Shown here piece by piece: positions 59,248 through 64,000 of a stretch of 64,000 nucleotides of DNA. The position numbers were made by a program, and so were the translations under genes. Position 1 is the first letter of the stretch. Every line of letters starts with the position of its first letter. The notes under the pieces are model-generated. The model did no database searches. It saw only the letters and a list, made by a program, of their open reading frames with translations, and was not told where the DNA came from. The DNA is from Blastocystis sp. Blastoise (lineage: Eukaryota > Protista > Bigyra: Opalinata): the NCBI GenBank assembly GCA_039096225.1, contig JBBPEB010000014.1:930001-994000 (forward strand), read 5' to 3'.

Positions 59248-60067
59248 CTATATATATCTACATATTTTAATATTTTTACAATTATTCTATTATGGTTTTA
59301 TAAATATATATTTTATTATTCAATTGTATCGTATCTCACGAAATATTATGTAAATACGTGTTTACTCCTTATGTAGTTTTTATTTAATGAATATTTTGTT
59401 ATAAATCAAATATTATTGATGAAAGTGATTCTATTATTCTTTAATTACTCTTCTACTGTACATATAAGTACATGTAATACTTATATATTATAAACATATA
59501 TATATATATATAACTATTAAGTAATTTATCCACTTTATCCATTATTTTATTGTTAGTTTGTTATCTACTGGTTTTCTTTCTGCTTCCCTTTTGATTAATA
59601 CTTATTTGTGTATTTCTAAGAAATTACCAAGATTCTTGTTTTGTTTTTGTTTATGGCATTACTTGGCTTATTTAGTGTTATAGTGCCATAAAGATGAATT
59701 ATTTATGCTCATAATAATACTTATATCAAGTCTATAACAATATATATGACTTAATTAGATTCTATGTTTTAGAATATATAAAAAATAATTCATTTTATAT
59801 TTACATATAAAATATTTCATTAAAAGTTTCTATATAGTCAGGAAGATATGGACAAAAGTGTTTACAAAGCATTATAACTTACAAATATCTCAATTTTTAA
59901 ATCTATGAGACATTAAAATTTAAGTTACTGATATTAAGCAAAATTTGTTGCAATTCATAGCATTTATTAATATAAATTAATGACCACACATACTAAAAAA
60001 ACTAACACAAAATTAGTAGTAACCTGAATATAAAGGTATTCAATACTAGAATATGTTTAACATAAAC

Positions 60068-64000
<3,933 letters not shown>

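Noticed and set aside
54268-60067. Inverted-repeat unit as a transposon with a nuclease
   Set aside because: The arms are a host karyopherin gene, the PIN gene is an intron-rich Asteroid-like gene, and no transposase or target-site duplication is visible.

Overview
Very AT-rich, intron-dense eukaryotic genomic DNA from a protist. The short AT-rich introns, AT-AC minor introns and GT31 glycosyltransferase are compatible with a Blastocystis-like stramenopile, but that is inference. Genes in order: 5' end of V-ATPase subunit d, a KIF15/kinesin-12, tRNA-Lys(CTT), an MFS transporter, UDP-GlcNAc pyrophosphorylase, a SHAQKYF Myb factor, a tiny FLASH-N-terminus-like protein, a NEK kinase, a short BTB-LRR gene, an RS-rich protein, a long BTB-LRR gene, a membrane protein, tRNA-Val(GAC), a second long BTB-LRR gene, a Ser/Thr kinase and tRNA-His. 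The window ends with a transportin-3/Mtr10-like gene present as two near-identical inverted copies flanking an Asteroid/XPG-like PIN gene and a GT31 gene. Main findings: (1) the two inverted copies differ by five precise, reciprocal intron presence/absence events; (2) the BTB-LRR genes are built one repeat per exon with phase-1 introns; (3) a GC-rich motif WAYCGCGG(GAW/TT) is strongly over-represented and sits in exons in all three frames; (4) two U12 AT-AC introns; (5) a G34 Val tRNA; (6) a few splice sites look overwritten by spliced-mRNA sequence, which raises either RNA-templated change or RNA-read polishing as the cause of (1). Many ORF-track entries are intronic microsatellite noise. Gene models were spliced by eye, so some ends are approximate.
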